Shown: piece after piece, positions 28,302 through 37,848 of the stretch
Numbering within the stretch: the stretch's first letter is position 1
Layout of the letters: every line of letters begins with the position of its first letter
Assembly: GCA_035627515.1 (NCBI GenBank)
Contig: DASPLQ010000012.1
Location: 455,269-519,268, forward strand
DNA from: Vitreimonas sp.
GTDB lineage: Bacteria > Patescibacteriota > Microgenomatia > UBA1400 > PJMF01
Length of the DNA stretch: 64,000 bases
Reading direction: 5' to 3'
The notes under the pieces: generated by a model
The model's input: the letters and a program-made list of their open reading frames with translations, nothing else
Databases searched by the model: none
What the model was told of the DNA's origin: nothing
Program-made: the position numbers and the translations under genes

Positions 28302-29392
28302 TGATAAAAATGCGCACTCCTTTTGAGATGTTATTATCCTGGTTGGAGTTGGTGTTGTGGTTGTTTGTGCCGGCCATATTACTGGGTCGGTATGAGTGGT
28401 TTTTGACGCCCCTTGTTGCTCAATCGGCAGCATATGATTGGTTATCACTACCGCCGGTCATGGTAATAATCGCTTATTTTTGTGTGGCTGCTGGGGTGTA
28501 TTGGCTAGGGCAACAATGGACCCACCGGAGATTACCCGCGACAGCTTCACCACTCACTGGTATGTCGCGCAGAGTTCAGCACCGGGTTGTAATCTGGCAA
28601 ATACTCAGTTTTTTAAGCTTATTTTTGCTGCTCTTTTTTGCCAGCTGGCGAGCCGCGTGGTTGATTGTGGGGGCTGCGGCTATGCAGGGTCTGTGTTGGA
28701 TACTGAGTGACCTGGGTGGCAGACCAATTTTGCCATGGATGAATTTTTTAAGCTCTCGCATGAAGTTGCCTACTATGGCTCGGGTACTGATAGTTATATT
28801 GATGCCGTTGCTACTCAGTAGTTTGGCTCGTTTAGTAGGTATAGAAGTAGTATGGTTGTTGGGAGGTTTGGGGGCTTTAAGCGCCTTGCTGCTGATACTC
28901 GTCCATTCGGAACTTGCTCAGCTACAAAGCCAAGAGAACGAGCTAGGTGTTACCAGTCCAGCATTGTATCGATTGGGAGAAGGAGCCTGGTGGTGGTATG
29001 TCGTGGGAATAGTCACGCCACCTGATCAAAATGGTTTTCTCTACGGCTTGATTTTATTTTTAATTTTCATGATGACCACTTTTATTCCAGTGCCATCATT
29101 ATCACCACGTAATCAAAGATGGGGAGCAGCCCTTACCCTCATCATCAGTTTTATAGCCAAGTTAACCCATCCCGGCTTACTGGGGATTATTTTGATTACT
29201 GTCATTGATGGAATTATGGCTCAGGTTTTTTGGGGCACACGCCTTCGACCTCGGGGAACTGTCCATGCGAGCGTCCAGTTGGTAATAGTATCGATAGTGA
29301 TGTTGAGTGGCTTTTTTTATCCCTCGCTGATATGGATGCTCTTATTTGGAGGGGCAGCAGTGAGTGTGGCCGTAAACCTCTTTTCAGAGTAA
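28298..29392 (+). CDS. Hypothetical polytopic membrane protein. Start taken at MMIKMRT, overlapping the pth stop (ATGA); the ORF track gives 28250.
   Basis: 8 or more predicted TM helices. No recognisable motif. Confidence 0.4.
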   Translation: MMIKMRTPFEMLLSWLELVLWLFVPAILLGRYEWFLTPLVAQSAAYDWLSLPPVMVIIAYFCVAAGVYWLGQQWTHRRLPATASPLTGMSRRVQHRVVIWQILSFLSLFLLLFFASWRAAWLIVGAAAMQGLCWILSDLGGRPILPWMNFLSSRMKLPTMARVLIVILMPLLLSSLARLVGIEVVWLLGGLGALSALLLILVHSELAQLQSQENELGVTSPALYRLGEGAWWWYVVGIVTPPDQNGFLYGLILFLIFMMTTFIPVPSLSPRNQRWGAALTLIISFIAKLTHPGLLGIILITVIDGIMAQVFWGTRLRPRGTVHASVQLVIVSIVMLSGFFYPSLIWMLLFGGAAVSVAVNLFSE

Positions 29393-29401
29393 ACTACACC
29401 T

Positions 29402-29716
29402 ATGGCTAAAACCGCCAAAACTACTAAGCCCAGTTTTTCTAGTCTCCAAGATTTATTTGCAGATTTCCAGTTGGATGATAAGGGAGGATACATTACCCAG
29501 GAGTTTCAAGATTTTGGCTATCGATTGGCCGTCGAGCTCGATGACTTAAAACACAAAAGCCTCTACATCAAAATGTCGAAAGAACTACCTCGTGGTCTTT
29601 TAGAAACAGCCTTGAGCTTTGTCAGCGATGCCAATGCTCGCAATAAGGCCCGACTCTTTATGTGGAAGGTAAACGACCTTAAAAAGTCATTGCCCTCCAC
29701 CACTAAGAAAAAATAA
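29402..29716 (+). CDS. Hypothetical protein.
   Basis: ORF only. 104 aa. Confidence 0.3.
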   Translation: MAKTAKTTKPSFSSLQDLFADFQLDDKGGYITQEFQDFGYRLAVELDDLKHKSLYIKMSKELPRGLLETALSFVSDANARNKARLFMWKVNDLKKSLPSTTKKK

Positions 29717-29719
29717 CCT

Positions 29720-30940
29720 ATGCCCAGCAAAAACATTCTACTTTTAATTGCCTTTCTGTGTTTATTGGTTGGACTGCTTAGTTATAACTACTATTATCAA
29801 CCGTTTGCTTATTTAGGTGAGTTGAGTTCTCAGTTAAACCTGCCCTCACCGTCACCCAGTGCTCCAGTAACCAAGCAAAGCTCGCCGGCCCTCAATGAAT
29901 ATCTATCAGCCCTATCAACCCGCCAAAAAATTGCACATTTACTCTCAGTACCAGTAACTTTATCCACCACTGAGCCTGCTTCGACATCTGGATCTTTGGC
30001 ACTTAAACAGGCCTGGATAAAACAAGAAGGGCCCGGCATGGTTTTACTTTTTGGCGAAAAAATTTCTCAGCCACTAGTAACAGCCTTCACTACGCAAATT
30101 AATAGCGGTGAAACGAATGCTGCTCAGGTTCTTGCTAGACCATTAGTCGCAGTAGATCATGAAGGTGGCAGCGTGCAACGTTTGAGTGGTCAAGGTTTTA
30201 CAGCGTTGGCGAGTTGGCAAGAGTTGTGTGCTTTGCCGGAAACAACCATGCAAGAACGATTGCAACTGTCGGCACAGGAACTCAAGGCTGCGGGAGTGAA
30301 TGTCGTCTTAGCTCCGATGGTCGACGTGGGTGTCACACCCCACCCAGTTTTGAAGTCACGTCTTTGTTCTGATGATGTCGAAACGACTAAACAGCGGGCC
30401 CAGTTATTCATTGACGCTTTTACCGGTGAAGGTGTGTTACCGACTCTCAAACACTTTCCAGGAATTGGTCGTACCAGCAAAGACCTACATCTCCAATTTG
30501 ATCAAATTACATTTAATGAACAAGAAACAGCTCTGTTTGGTAATTTGCTCGAAAACAATTCCGCCTTAGCCGTGATGACAACCCACGTGGGCTTAACCGA
30601 AGTCACTGGGAGCCAGCCGTGTAGTTTAGATCCGCAGTGTGTAGGTGAACTCAAAAAGGCATATCCACAAGCACTTATAGTTACTGACGCTCTTGAGATG
30701 AAAGCCGCTCAATCAGCTACTACTGCGGCAGAAGTGAAAAATCTAAGTCAAATCAGTATTGCCGCGGTCACTGCGGGCAATGATGTATTGGTATATGGTC
30801 CTGGGGTGAGTACTGCTCAGCTCGACGCCATTATTACTGAGCTAGAAAGTGAGTATCAACGTAATTTGAGATTTAGAGAACAAGTAGAACTGAGCAACAA
30901 AAAAATACTTCACTTTAAAGAACAGTATCATCGTCAATAA
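29720..30940 (+). CDS. Glycoside hydrolase family 3, beta-N-acetylhexosaminidase (NagZ-like), membrane-anchored.
   Basis: GH3 signature KHFPGIGRTSKDLH. N-terminal TM anchor. Confidence 0.65.
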   Translation: MPSKNILLLIAFLCLLVGLLSYNYYYQPFAYLGELSSQLNLPSPSPSAPVTKQSSPALNEYLSALSTRQKIAHLLSVPVTLSTTEPASTSGSLALKQAWIKQEGPGMVLLFGEKISQPLVTAFTTQINSGETNAAQVLARPLVAVDHEGGSVQRLSGQGFTALASWQELCALPETTMQERLQLSAQELKAAGVNVVLAPMVDVGVTPHPVLKSRLCSDDVETTKQRAQLFIDAFTGEGVLPTLKHFPGIGRTSKDLHLQFDQITFNEQETALFGNLLENNSALAVMTTHVGLTEVTGSQPCSLDPQCVGELKKAYPQALIVTDALEMKAAQSATTAAEVKNLSQISIAAVTAGNDVLVYGPGVSTAQLDAIITELESEYQRNLRFREQVELSNKKILHFKEQYHRQ

Positions 30941-30946
30941 CTTTAT

Positions 30947-31378
30947 ATGTTGTGGTCACTTTCACCATTATTTCTAAGCAGCTGGGGAATAATCCTCGGG
31001 ATGGTAATCATGATAGGTGATCAGCTCATTTTTTATCGTTGGTACCAAGAAACTGAAAATCTTACCCATCCTCGACCACCAGTGCTGATGACGCATTCCA
31101 TTTGGTTTATGGCAACATATGTGTTACTGGGTCTATTCATAATGACTTCTGCTGATAGTTGGGTAGGCCGAGGTTTGATTATAGGAATAGGTACTTACCT
31201 TTCTGCGCAGTTATTGATGAAGAGAAGTAACCCCCGTCTTTTTGATCAAACGTTTTTTCCTCATCATGCTTCATCTCCCACGCCCGCTCAGCGTGAGTTA
31301 GTAGTGACAATCATAGTGGGCAGCACACTGTTATGGACGGTAATCATGAGTAGTTTGTTGTTGAAGTTATATTGGTAG
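30947..31378 (+). CDS. Hypothetical membrane protein.
   Basis: 4 hydrophobic helices. 143 aa. Confidence 0.35.
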   Translation: MLWSLSPLFLSSWGIILGMVIMIGDQLIFYRWYQETENLTHPRPPVLMTHSIWFMATYVLLGLFIMTSADSWVGRGLIIGIGTYLSAQLLMKRSNPRLFDQTFFPHHASSPTPAQRELVVTIIVGSTLLWTVIMSSLLLKLYW

Positions 31379-31385
31379 CGATCAT

Positions 31386-32198
31386 ATGCAGTGGCAACTT
31401 CCTGGGCTTGGTGTGACTTTCCATTTGTATGGTCTAATTGTAGGTCTAGCTATGGCAGTGGGAGGGTGGTTGATGGAGCTAAAAGCCAAGCGTGAACACA
31501 TAAATACAACTCAATTATGGCCAATGATCGCCGGAGGTTTACTAGGCGCTTTGATAGGTGCGCGATTGTGGCATGTGGCCACAGACTTTCCACTTTATAC
31601 TCATAACTGGTGGGCGATAGTCCAAGTGTGGCAAGGTGGTTTGAGTATTCTTGGTGCTATAGCTGGAGGGGTGTTAGGCTTAAAGATTACTCGACATTTT
31701 TTTTACAACTCCGAAAACATTTCTTTATCACAGTTGCTTGATTTATCAGTTTATGGCTTACCAGTTGCGCAGGGAATAGGTAGAGTTGGCAATTGGGTAA
31801 ATCAAGAGTTATATGGGTTGCCTACCACTTTACCTTGGGGTATCTTTATTGAACCTCAGCATCGCTTAGCAGGCTATGAAAGCCAGGCCTACTATCATCC
31901 CTTATTTGCTTATGAAATGATATTCACATTAGGTTTTGCAGCGTGGCTGTGGTGGCGAGAATTTAACTTAGTTGCATTTGAAAAAAGAAAAAACAAAAAA
32001 GCAACTTGGTTGCAATTTGGTTGCGGAAATATTTTTACGGTGTATATTTTGTACTATGCAGTTTTGCGGTGGGGACTAGAGTTTTTGCGTTTGGAAAAAG
32101 CGGGAAGTGGCATTTATACTTTGAGTATTAACCAAGTCATTATCACTATCGTAATTTTCTTACTCACCTGGAAGCTATGCCTTGCAAAACATGACTAA
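31386..32198 (+). CDS. lgt: Prolipoprotein diacylglyceryl transferase.
   Basis: Lgt signature GIGRVGNWVNQELYG. Polytopic membrane topology. Confidence 0.75.
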   Translation: MQWQLPGLGVTFHLYGLIVGLAMAVGGWLMELKAKREHINTTQLWPMIAGGLLGALIGARLWHVATDFPLYTHNWWAIVQVWQGGLSILGAIAGGVLGLKITRHFFYNSENISLSQLLDLSVYGLPVAQGIGRVGNWVNQELYGLPTTLPWGIFIEPQHRLAGYESQAYYHPLFAYEMIFTLGFAAWLWWREFNLVAFEKRKNKKATWLQFGCGNIFTVYILYYAVLRWGLEFLRLEKAGSGIYTLSINQVIITIVIFLLTWKLCLAKHD

Positions 32199-32781
32199 AA
32201 CAGAGTTGAAGAATCACTATCATCATTTTTTACGTTTTGAACTCCCCATTTGGGTAGGTGCTTTTTGTTTGTTTGGCGTTTTTCTGTATTATTTCTTTTT
32301 GTCTTCCACAGGTGATGAATTTTTATCTTGCCACCCATCTCTTAGTCGCCATAGTAAGCCCCGGCTAATTTGTGAAAATCATCAAGATTATGCAGCGGCG
32401 GAAGCTGATCACCGATATATCAATCTCACTGTTGGTGATAAAGTTCTCACAGTAGAAATTGTTACTAAGCCTGAAAGCTTAGAGCGTGGTTTAAGTGGCC
32501 GTTCTCAAATTGGCAGTGATGGCATGTTGTTTATGATGCCGAGTCCTCGCCGGCCGCAGTTTTGGATGAAGGAAATGTTGTTCGGTCTCGATTTGATATG
32601 GATTAGCCAGGGACAAGTCAGTGAAATTACTCCCAATGTACCAGCCCCCCAACCACTCCAGCCACTTACACAATTACCTCATTACTCTCCACAGCAACCA
32701 GCCGATGCTGTTCTCGAGGTAGAAGCCGGTAAAGTGGCGGCCTGGGAAATTAAGATTGGTGATACGGTGAGTTTTGAGTAA
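32182..32781 (+). CDS. DUF192-family protein (COG1430-like).
   Basis: GMLFMMPSPRRPQFWMKEMLFGLDLIWIS matches the DUF192 core. N-terminal TM. Confidence 0.5.
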   Translation: MQNMTKTELKNHYHHFLRFELPIWVGAFCLFGVFLYYFFLSSTGDEFLSCHPSLSRHSKPRLICENHQDYAAAEADHRYINLTVGDKVLTVEIVTKPESLERGLSGRSQIGSDGMLFMMPSPRRPQFWMKEMLFGLDLIWISQGQVSEITPNVPAPQPLQPLTQLPHYSPQQPADAVLEVEAGKVAAWEIKIGDTVSFE

Positions 32782-32816
32782 TGACTTGACCTACTTGAGT
32801 AGTTTACAATCAAGGG

Positions 32817-33713
32817 ATGTCAACTGCTGCCTCGGCTGCCGGCCGTCTAAAAGGCCTGCTCAAAACTTCCTTTGCTACCTCTGGTGGAGCTACTAACGTA
32901 CTGCAATTAGAACCCATTCCCGGTGACCCGCCTGTACCTGGATTAGTGAGTGATACTTTATTAAGTACCACTTTTCCCCCGGTACCCATTGGCCTTGGCA
33001 ACAATTCTACTGTGAGTTCGGCTCCTCCTGAGCTTTCTACTCAAGATAAGGTGGAACTTTTTGATCAGGTTCTCAGTGAGATTGAACAACAGCTACCTGT
33101 AGGTGCCCCTCCAGCTGTTTCCGCTGTTAGCCCTGATGCCATTGCCCAGTCAGTTTCGACAGTGCCAGTCACCGCCACACCAGCTGCCCCAGTTAACCCT
33201 GTAGCTTCTGATCTAACTACTCAAGTAGCCGCCCCGCTAACCTCACCTACTCCTCAGCCAGTGCCGGCTGCAGTGGCTCCGCAAGCCGTGCCTTTAGCCG
33301 TGGAACAATCAGTAGCCGCCGCCAGTCTTAATCCCGCTTATCCTACTTCTAGTATCAAAGAAGCTTTGCCATCCATGGTGACTCTCGAAGCACCGAGTTT
33401 TGATTTGCCAGTAGGTGTACAGAGTGTGGAGCATGAACACAGTCCTGAGCTGGGTCCTGAGATCGAGGGCTTTTTACATAAAGTGGAAGATCATCATGAG
33501 CAGCAGCCACATGAAATTGTCGTGGCTGATGGCTCTCAACTGCTGCCAACGCAAAAATATATGGCTCAACCTGTGATTGTGTTACCCGTCACCCCAGAAG
33601 TTGAACAAGAAGGCCAAAGTAAAAACACCACCTTTAGTGTCCGCTGGCTGGTAGAATTCAGTCATAAAATTATGAAGATGTTTAGTGGAAAGGTGATATA
33701 TAGAAGTAATTAA
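32817..33713 (+). CDS. Pro/Ala/Val/Thr-rich low-complexity hypothetical protein.
   Basis: Compositionally biased (PAVSAVSPDAIAQSVSTVPVTATPAAPVNPV...). Its stop overlaps the start of the AGTAA repeat. Confidence 0.35.
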   Translation: MSTAASAAGRLKGLLKTSFATSGGATNVLQLEPIPGDPPVPGLVSDTLLSTTFPPVPIGLGNNSTVSSAPPELSTQDKVELFDQVLSEIEQQLPVGAPPAVSAVSPDAIAQSVSTVPVTATPAAPVNPVASDLTTQVAAPLTSPTPQPVPAAVAPQAVPLAVEQSVAAASLNPAYPTSSIKEALPSMVTLEAPSFDLPVGVQSVEHEHSPELGPEIEGFLHKVEDHHEQQPHEIVVADGSQLLPTQKYMAQPVIVLPVTPEVEQEGQSKNTTFSVRWLVEFSHKIMKMFSGKVIYRSN

Positions 33714-33789
33714 GTAACTAAGTAAATAAGTAATTCGCTGTCGCGCTAATTACTAAGTTACTCAATTACTCACTTACTCACTTACTAAG
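33703..33789 (+). promoter_or_regulatory. Extended palindromic period-8 AGTAA/TTACT repeat directly upstream of the VirB4-like ATPase gene.
   Basis: aAGTAAtt aAGTAAct aAGTAAat aAGTAAtt cgctgtcgcgct AATTACTaag TTACTcaa TTACTcac TTACTcac TTACTaag acc ATG. Four direct units, a 12-nt GC spacer, then five inverted units. Confidence 0.5.
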
Positions 33790-33792
33790 ACC

Positions 33793-36129
33793 ATGCTTGA
33801 TCCAAATCTAATGCTTGCTATGTTGATTTCTTGGTTTTTCACAGCCTTGTGGATACTATTAGCCTTGGTGTTGATTGGTGCTTTGTGCTATGTCTTGTTT
33901 CAGTTTTATCGACATCGCAATCGGGAAGAGTATGCCTTAGATTTTGTGACCTTGATGGTCAGATTACCTAAGGATAATGAAATCAAAATTGATGCCGCTG
34001 AACAAATGTTTGCTGGCTTATACTCACTCAAAAAAACGGGCTGGTTTAGTTGGTTCAAGAATGAAGAAGTGTTCTCGTTTGAAATTGTGGCTCTCAAAGA
34101 AAAGATTGCTTTTTATGTAAATTGTCCACGCAAAATCCGCGATTTAGTTGAGAAACAAATTCACGGTGCTTATCCTAATGCGGAAATTAAAGAAGTAGAT
34201 GAAGTGAATATTTTTAGCGAAAAAGGCAAAGTTGCTTTTACGAGTGTTAAAACTGAAAAAGCAATTTATCTGCCCATCAAAACCTACAAAGATTTGCCAA
34301 CCGATGGTTTATCACTTTTGACTTCAGCATTATCTAAAATGGGCGAGGGTGAAGGAGCAGTGGTGCAAATCTTATTACGTCCAGAGGGTAGAGGTTGGCA
34401 GAAAAAAGGTCGTAATTATATTCAAAAAGAAAAGAAACGTGAGGCCGATCCCGAAAAAGCAACCTATGGTCATGATCCGAAAGAAATGGAAGCTATTGGT
34501 GCCAATGTTGAGAAACCAGGTTTTAGAGTTAGCATCAGAGTAGTAGTGTCATCTCCTAATGAGTACACTGCCGAGTCACATTTAAATAACATTGTCGGTG
34601 CTTTTGCTCAATACACTTCTGCCTACAATAACTTCAAACAAGTGGAACATATTTTCTTAAAGCCACTTTTTATGATTGATTTCATTTATCGTTACATGCC
34701 GATGATGAACATCAACACTTCCATTTTAAATATTGAAGAATTAGCGACACTATTTCACTTTCCCAATAAAACTGTTGAGACGCATCACATTCAGTGGCTA
34801 AATGCTAAAAATGCTCCAGCTCCAGATAAAATTCCTACTACCGGCATGTTGTTGGGTGTATCGGCGTATCGTGGCGAAAAACGTGAGGTCCACATGGATC
34901 TCAATGACCGTCGTCGTCACATGTACATCATTGGAAAAACGGGTACCGGTAAATCAGAGTTTTTAAAAGAGATGATTTTGCAGGACATTGAAGCTGGACA
35001 TGGCGTATGTGCGATCGACCCCCACGGTGAGTTTATTGAAGATATTTTGCAACTGATGCCGCCAGAGCGGGCTGAAGACGTGATTTATTTCAATCCTTCA
35101 GATCTTGATCGGCCGATGGGCTTGAACATGATGGAGGCAGATACCGAAGAACAAAAACACTTTGTGACCAGTTCCATCATCGGTTTGATGTACAAGCTAT
35201 ACGACCCGCACCGCACAGGTATTATCGGTCCGCGGTTTGAGCACGCCATCCGGAATGCGATGTTGACGATCATGAGTAAACCAGGCACCACCTTTATCGA
35301 GTTAGTGCGGTGTTTGACCGATAGTAAATATGTGGAGGAGTTATTGCCTTTTGTTAAAGATCCAGTGGTGCGTCGCTACTGGACTGACCAAATTGCCCAA
35401 ACGTCTGATTTTCACAAATCAGAAGTCTTGGACTACATCGTTTCTAAGTTTGGCCGGTTTGTGACCAATAAAACTATGCGGAACATCATTGGTCAGCCGT
35501 CCAGTGCTTTTAACTTCCGGCAAGCCATGGATGAAAAGAAAATCATTCTTTGTAACTTATCCAAAGGTATCTTAGGTGAAGAAGACGCCAAATTTTTAGG
35601 TCTGATTTTAGTGCCTAAAGTATTGACTGCGGCTATGAGTCGGCAGGATATTGGCATGGACCAGCGCCACGACTTTTTCTTATACGTGGACGAGTTCCAA
35701 AACTATGCTACCGAAGACTTTGCAGTCATTTTGTCAGAGGCTCGGAAATACCGGCTCAGTTTAATTGTCGCTAACCAGTTTATCGGTCAGATTGACGAAG
35801 AGATTAAAAATGCTGTTTTTGGTAACGTCGGTTCGATTGTATCTTTCCGGATTGGTGTTCCCGACGCCAACTTCTTGCAACACGAGTTTAGCCCCACCTT
35901 TAATGAAGGTGACTTAACTAACATCGAAAAATATCACGTCTACATGAAGACCATCGTCAACAACGAACCGGTTCCGCCATTCAGTATGTCACTTGAAAAA
36001 GATATGGACCAAGTCAAAGCTCGGATGAACCCCAAAATGGCTGAGATGATCAAGCAACTCAGTCGTCTCAAATACGGCAAAGATCGCGAGAGTGTAGAAG
36101 CTGAGATGAATGTGCGAGCGAAGTTGTAG
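33793..36129 (+). CDS. Membrane-anchored T4SS P-loop ATPase (VirB4/TraC- or VirD4-like; DUF87/FtsK-HerA superfamily).
   Basis: N-terminal TM helices (LISWFFTALWILLALVLIGALCYVLF). Walker A IIGKTGTGKSEF followed by AIDPHGEF. Walker B FFLYVDEFQNYAT. 778 aa. Confidence 0.6.
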   Translation: MLDPNLMLAMLISWFFTALWILLALVLIGALCYVLFQFYRHRNREEYALDFVTLMVRLPKDNEIKIDAAEQMFAGLYSLKKTGWFSWFKNEEVFSFEIVALKEKIAFYVNCPRKIRDLVEKQIHGAYPNAEIKEVDEVNIFSEKGKVAFTSVKTEKAIYLPIKTYKDLPTDGLSLLTSALSKMGEGEGAVVQILLRPEGRGWQKKGRNYIQKEKKREADPEKATYGHDPKEMEAIGANVEKPGFRVSIRVVVSSPNEYTAESHLNNIVGAFAQYTSAYNNFKQVEHIFLKPLFMIDFIYRYMPMMNINTSILNIEELATLFHFPNKTVETHHIQWLNAKNAPAPDKIPTTGMLLGVSAYRGEKREVHMDLNDRRRHMYIIGKTGTGKSEFLKEMILQDIEAGHGVCAIDPHGEFIEDILQLMPPERAEDVIYFNPSDLDRPMGLNMMEADTEEQKHFVTSSIIGLMYKLYDPHRTGIIGPRFEHAIRNAMLTIMSKPGTTFIELVRCLTDSKYVEELLPFVKDPVVRRYWTDQIAQTSDFHKSEVLDYIVSKFGRFVTNKTMRNIIGQPSSAFNFRQAMDEKKIILCNLSKGILGEEDAKFLGLILVPKVLTAAMSRQDIGMDQRHDFFLYVDEFQNYATEDFAVILSEARKYRLSLIVANQFIGQIDEEIKNAVFGNVGSIVSFRIGVPDANFLQHEFSPTFNEGDLTNIEKYHVYMKTIVNNEPVPPFSMSLEKDMDQVKARMNPKMAEMIKQLSRLKYGKDRESVEAEMNVRAKL

Positions 36130-36131
36130 AA

Positions 36132-37835
36132 ATGCAAGAAAAGCTATTGCCCTCTACTAATATAGAAAAAAGTTGGCAAGAAACACTTAAATCAGATGAA
36201 TTTTTACCTGCTGAAAGAGAATTGTTAACACTCCTATATGACGAAGTAATTAATGGAGAGCCTGAGTTAAGGATTTATACCTACGACGTTTTCATAGATA
36301 AATGTAGGTATTTGAATATTGATCCAATAGTAATTCAGGAAAAAGCTATGAGGCTTTTTCCACAATATGAAATTCAAGCACTTTTCAAACATCTTCCCAA
36401 AGGATTAAAGATTCGAGCGAAAGAAGAACTCTACCATGATGGTACTTCTATTGCTGGGACAATGTTTTTTATAAGAGAATTAAATGAATCTAATCGCCTA
36501 TATCAACGGGATGGTAAAGATTTTGTCAAGCTAAGCCGAGCTGAAGTTAAAAAAATTATAGAAACTGAACTTCCCAATAATAAACCCACTTTTATTAACG
36601 AAACTCTAGGATGGGTGACAGCTGAATCAATTCAAGGATACTCTAACGGTGTTCGCTTATCACAAATAGATGGTGAAGAGACGGACGTTAGCATTGATGA
36701 TACCACTTTTTTTATCATTGAAGGAGCAGATCATAAATTAGCTCAGCGAAGACCACGAGAGATTTATTTTGGTCAATCAGTGCAGGTTTGGGATGCCGAT
36801 ATTCAAAGATGGGTAAGAGGTAGAATTACCGATAGAAAAAATGTAGATAAAATACTTGTTCAATTGGATGAACCAATTGAGAAAACAAATTATTTTGGTG
36901 AACCAAGTCAAGTTAAAGATGCTGAAATTTGGATCGGAGACGTTGCAATCAGAGGATGGAGCGCGGATAAAAAACTACCTTCCCTTGGTTCATCCATGTT
37001 TGAAAGAGAGGAATATCATTTTTTAAATATTGATTTAACTGCTGAACAAGAAAAGGTGCCTTTTGAGCAAATCCCTAAGGAGTTCATACCCGGTACATTG
37101 ATTCGTTTTCCAGGAGGCGGCATAGGTTTAGTAGAAAGAACTAACTCACAAGGTCAGAGTTTTGTTGATGGTGTAAAAGCTGGTGGACAACCATCCTTAG
37201 AAGGAGAATCTGTCAATTGGATGAATTTAGAGCAGTTGCCGATTATTTTGGAATCTACAGAATTTGAGAAAGAAAATAGTGAGTTAAGAAACAGGCGTGT
37301 CAAAATTAATATCAGATCTTTAGAAGGTGAAGAAAAACTTTCATTTCGACAAAGATTTATAACACGTTTACGAAATAAATTTATGGGGCTTTTCTCAGAA
37401 AAGCAGAATAAAAATCAGAGAATCATGAAAGTGGAAAAATTAGTGAAACTAAATAATGAGCCATACGTAATTTTACGATCATTGCCTGTTTTGTTAAGCG
37501 AAGGAGGTAATAAGAATCAGCGTTTATATTATGAGCTGCCATTGCGGGTTTTCAATGAGTTGATAGTAAAGGGGGAATGTGAGCTGAGTTCTAAAGATGT
37601 TACAGAGTCACTTCGCTATTATTTTCCAGATCAATACAAAGATATTATCAATAATATTGATAATTATTTTGGTAGTGTTTATGCAGAGGTGAAGTTGAAA
37701 AACAACCGAGTTATTCTTAAGAAACAATCAGTTTATTTTAATTGCTTGCCTTTTGGTGTATATCTCATTTTCCCCAATGAAGATATTCCGCGCTTAATTC
37801 CTTTAGAGAAGATAGAAAGTATTGAAATCTTATAA
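36132..37835 (+). CDS. Hypothetical soluble protein (567 aa) translationally coupled to the T4SS ATPase. It is compositionally AT-rich.
   Basis: Starts 2 nt after the ATPase stop. No TM and no recognisable motif. Visibly lower GC and Lys/Asn/Ile/Glu-rich compared with neighbours. Confidence 0.4.
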   Translation: MQEKLLPSTNIEKSWQETLKSDEFLPAERELLTLLYDEVINGEPELRIYTYDVFIDKCRYLNIDPIVIQEKAMRLFPQYEIQALFKHLPKGLKIRAKEELYHDGTSIAGTMFFIRELNESNRLYQRDGKDFVKLSRAEVKKIIETELPNNKPTFINETLGWVTAESIQGYSNGVRLSQIDGEETDVSIDDTTFFIIEGADHKLAQRRPREIYFGQSVQVWDADIQRWVRGRITDRKNVDKILVQLDEPIEKTNYFGEPSQVKDAEIWIGDVAIRGWSADKKLPSLGSSMFEREEYHFLNIDLTAEQEKVPFEQIPKEFIPGTLIRFPGGGIGLVERTNSQGQSFVDGVKAGGQPSLEGESVNWMNLEQLPIILESTEFEKENSELRNRRVKINIRSLEGEEKLSFRQRFITRLRNKFMGLFSEKQNKNQRIMKVEKLVKLNNEPYVILRSLPVLLSEGGNKNQRLYYELPLRVFNELIVKGECELSSKDVTESLRYYFPDQYKDIINNIDNYFGSVYAEVKLKNNRVILKKQSVYFNCLPFGVYLIFPNEDIPRLIPLEKIESIEIL

Positions 37836-37848
37836 AAAAAGACTAACA

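Noticed and set aside
36132-37835. Possibility that the AT-rich 567-aa ORF is a mobile-element cargo such as a transposase or integrase.
   Set aside because: No DDE, HTH-transposase, tyrosine-recombinase or serine-recombinase motifs, and no flanking inverted or direct repeats. It is tightly coupled to the ATPase stop codon.
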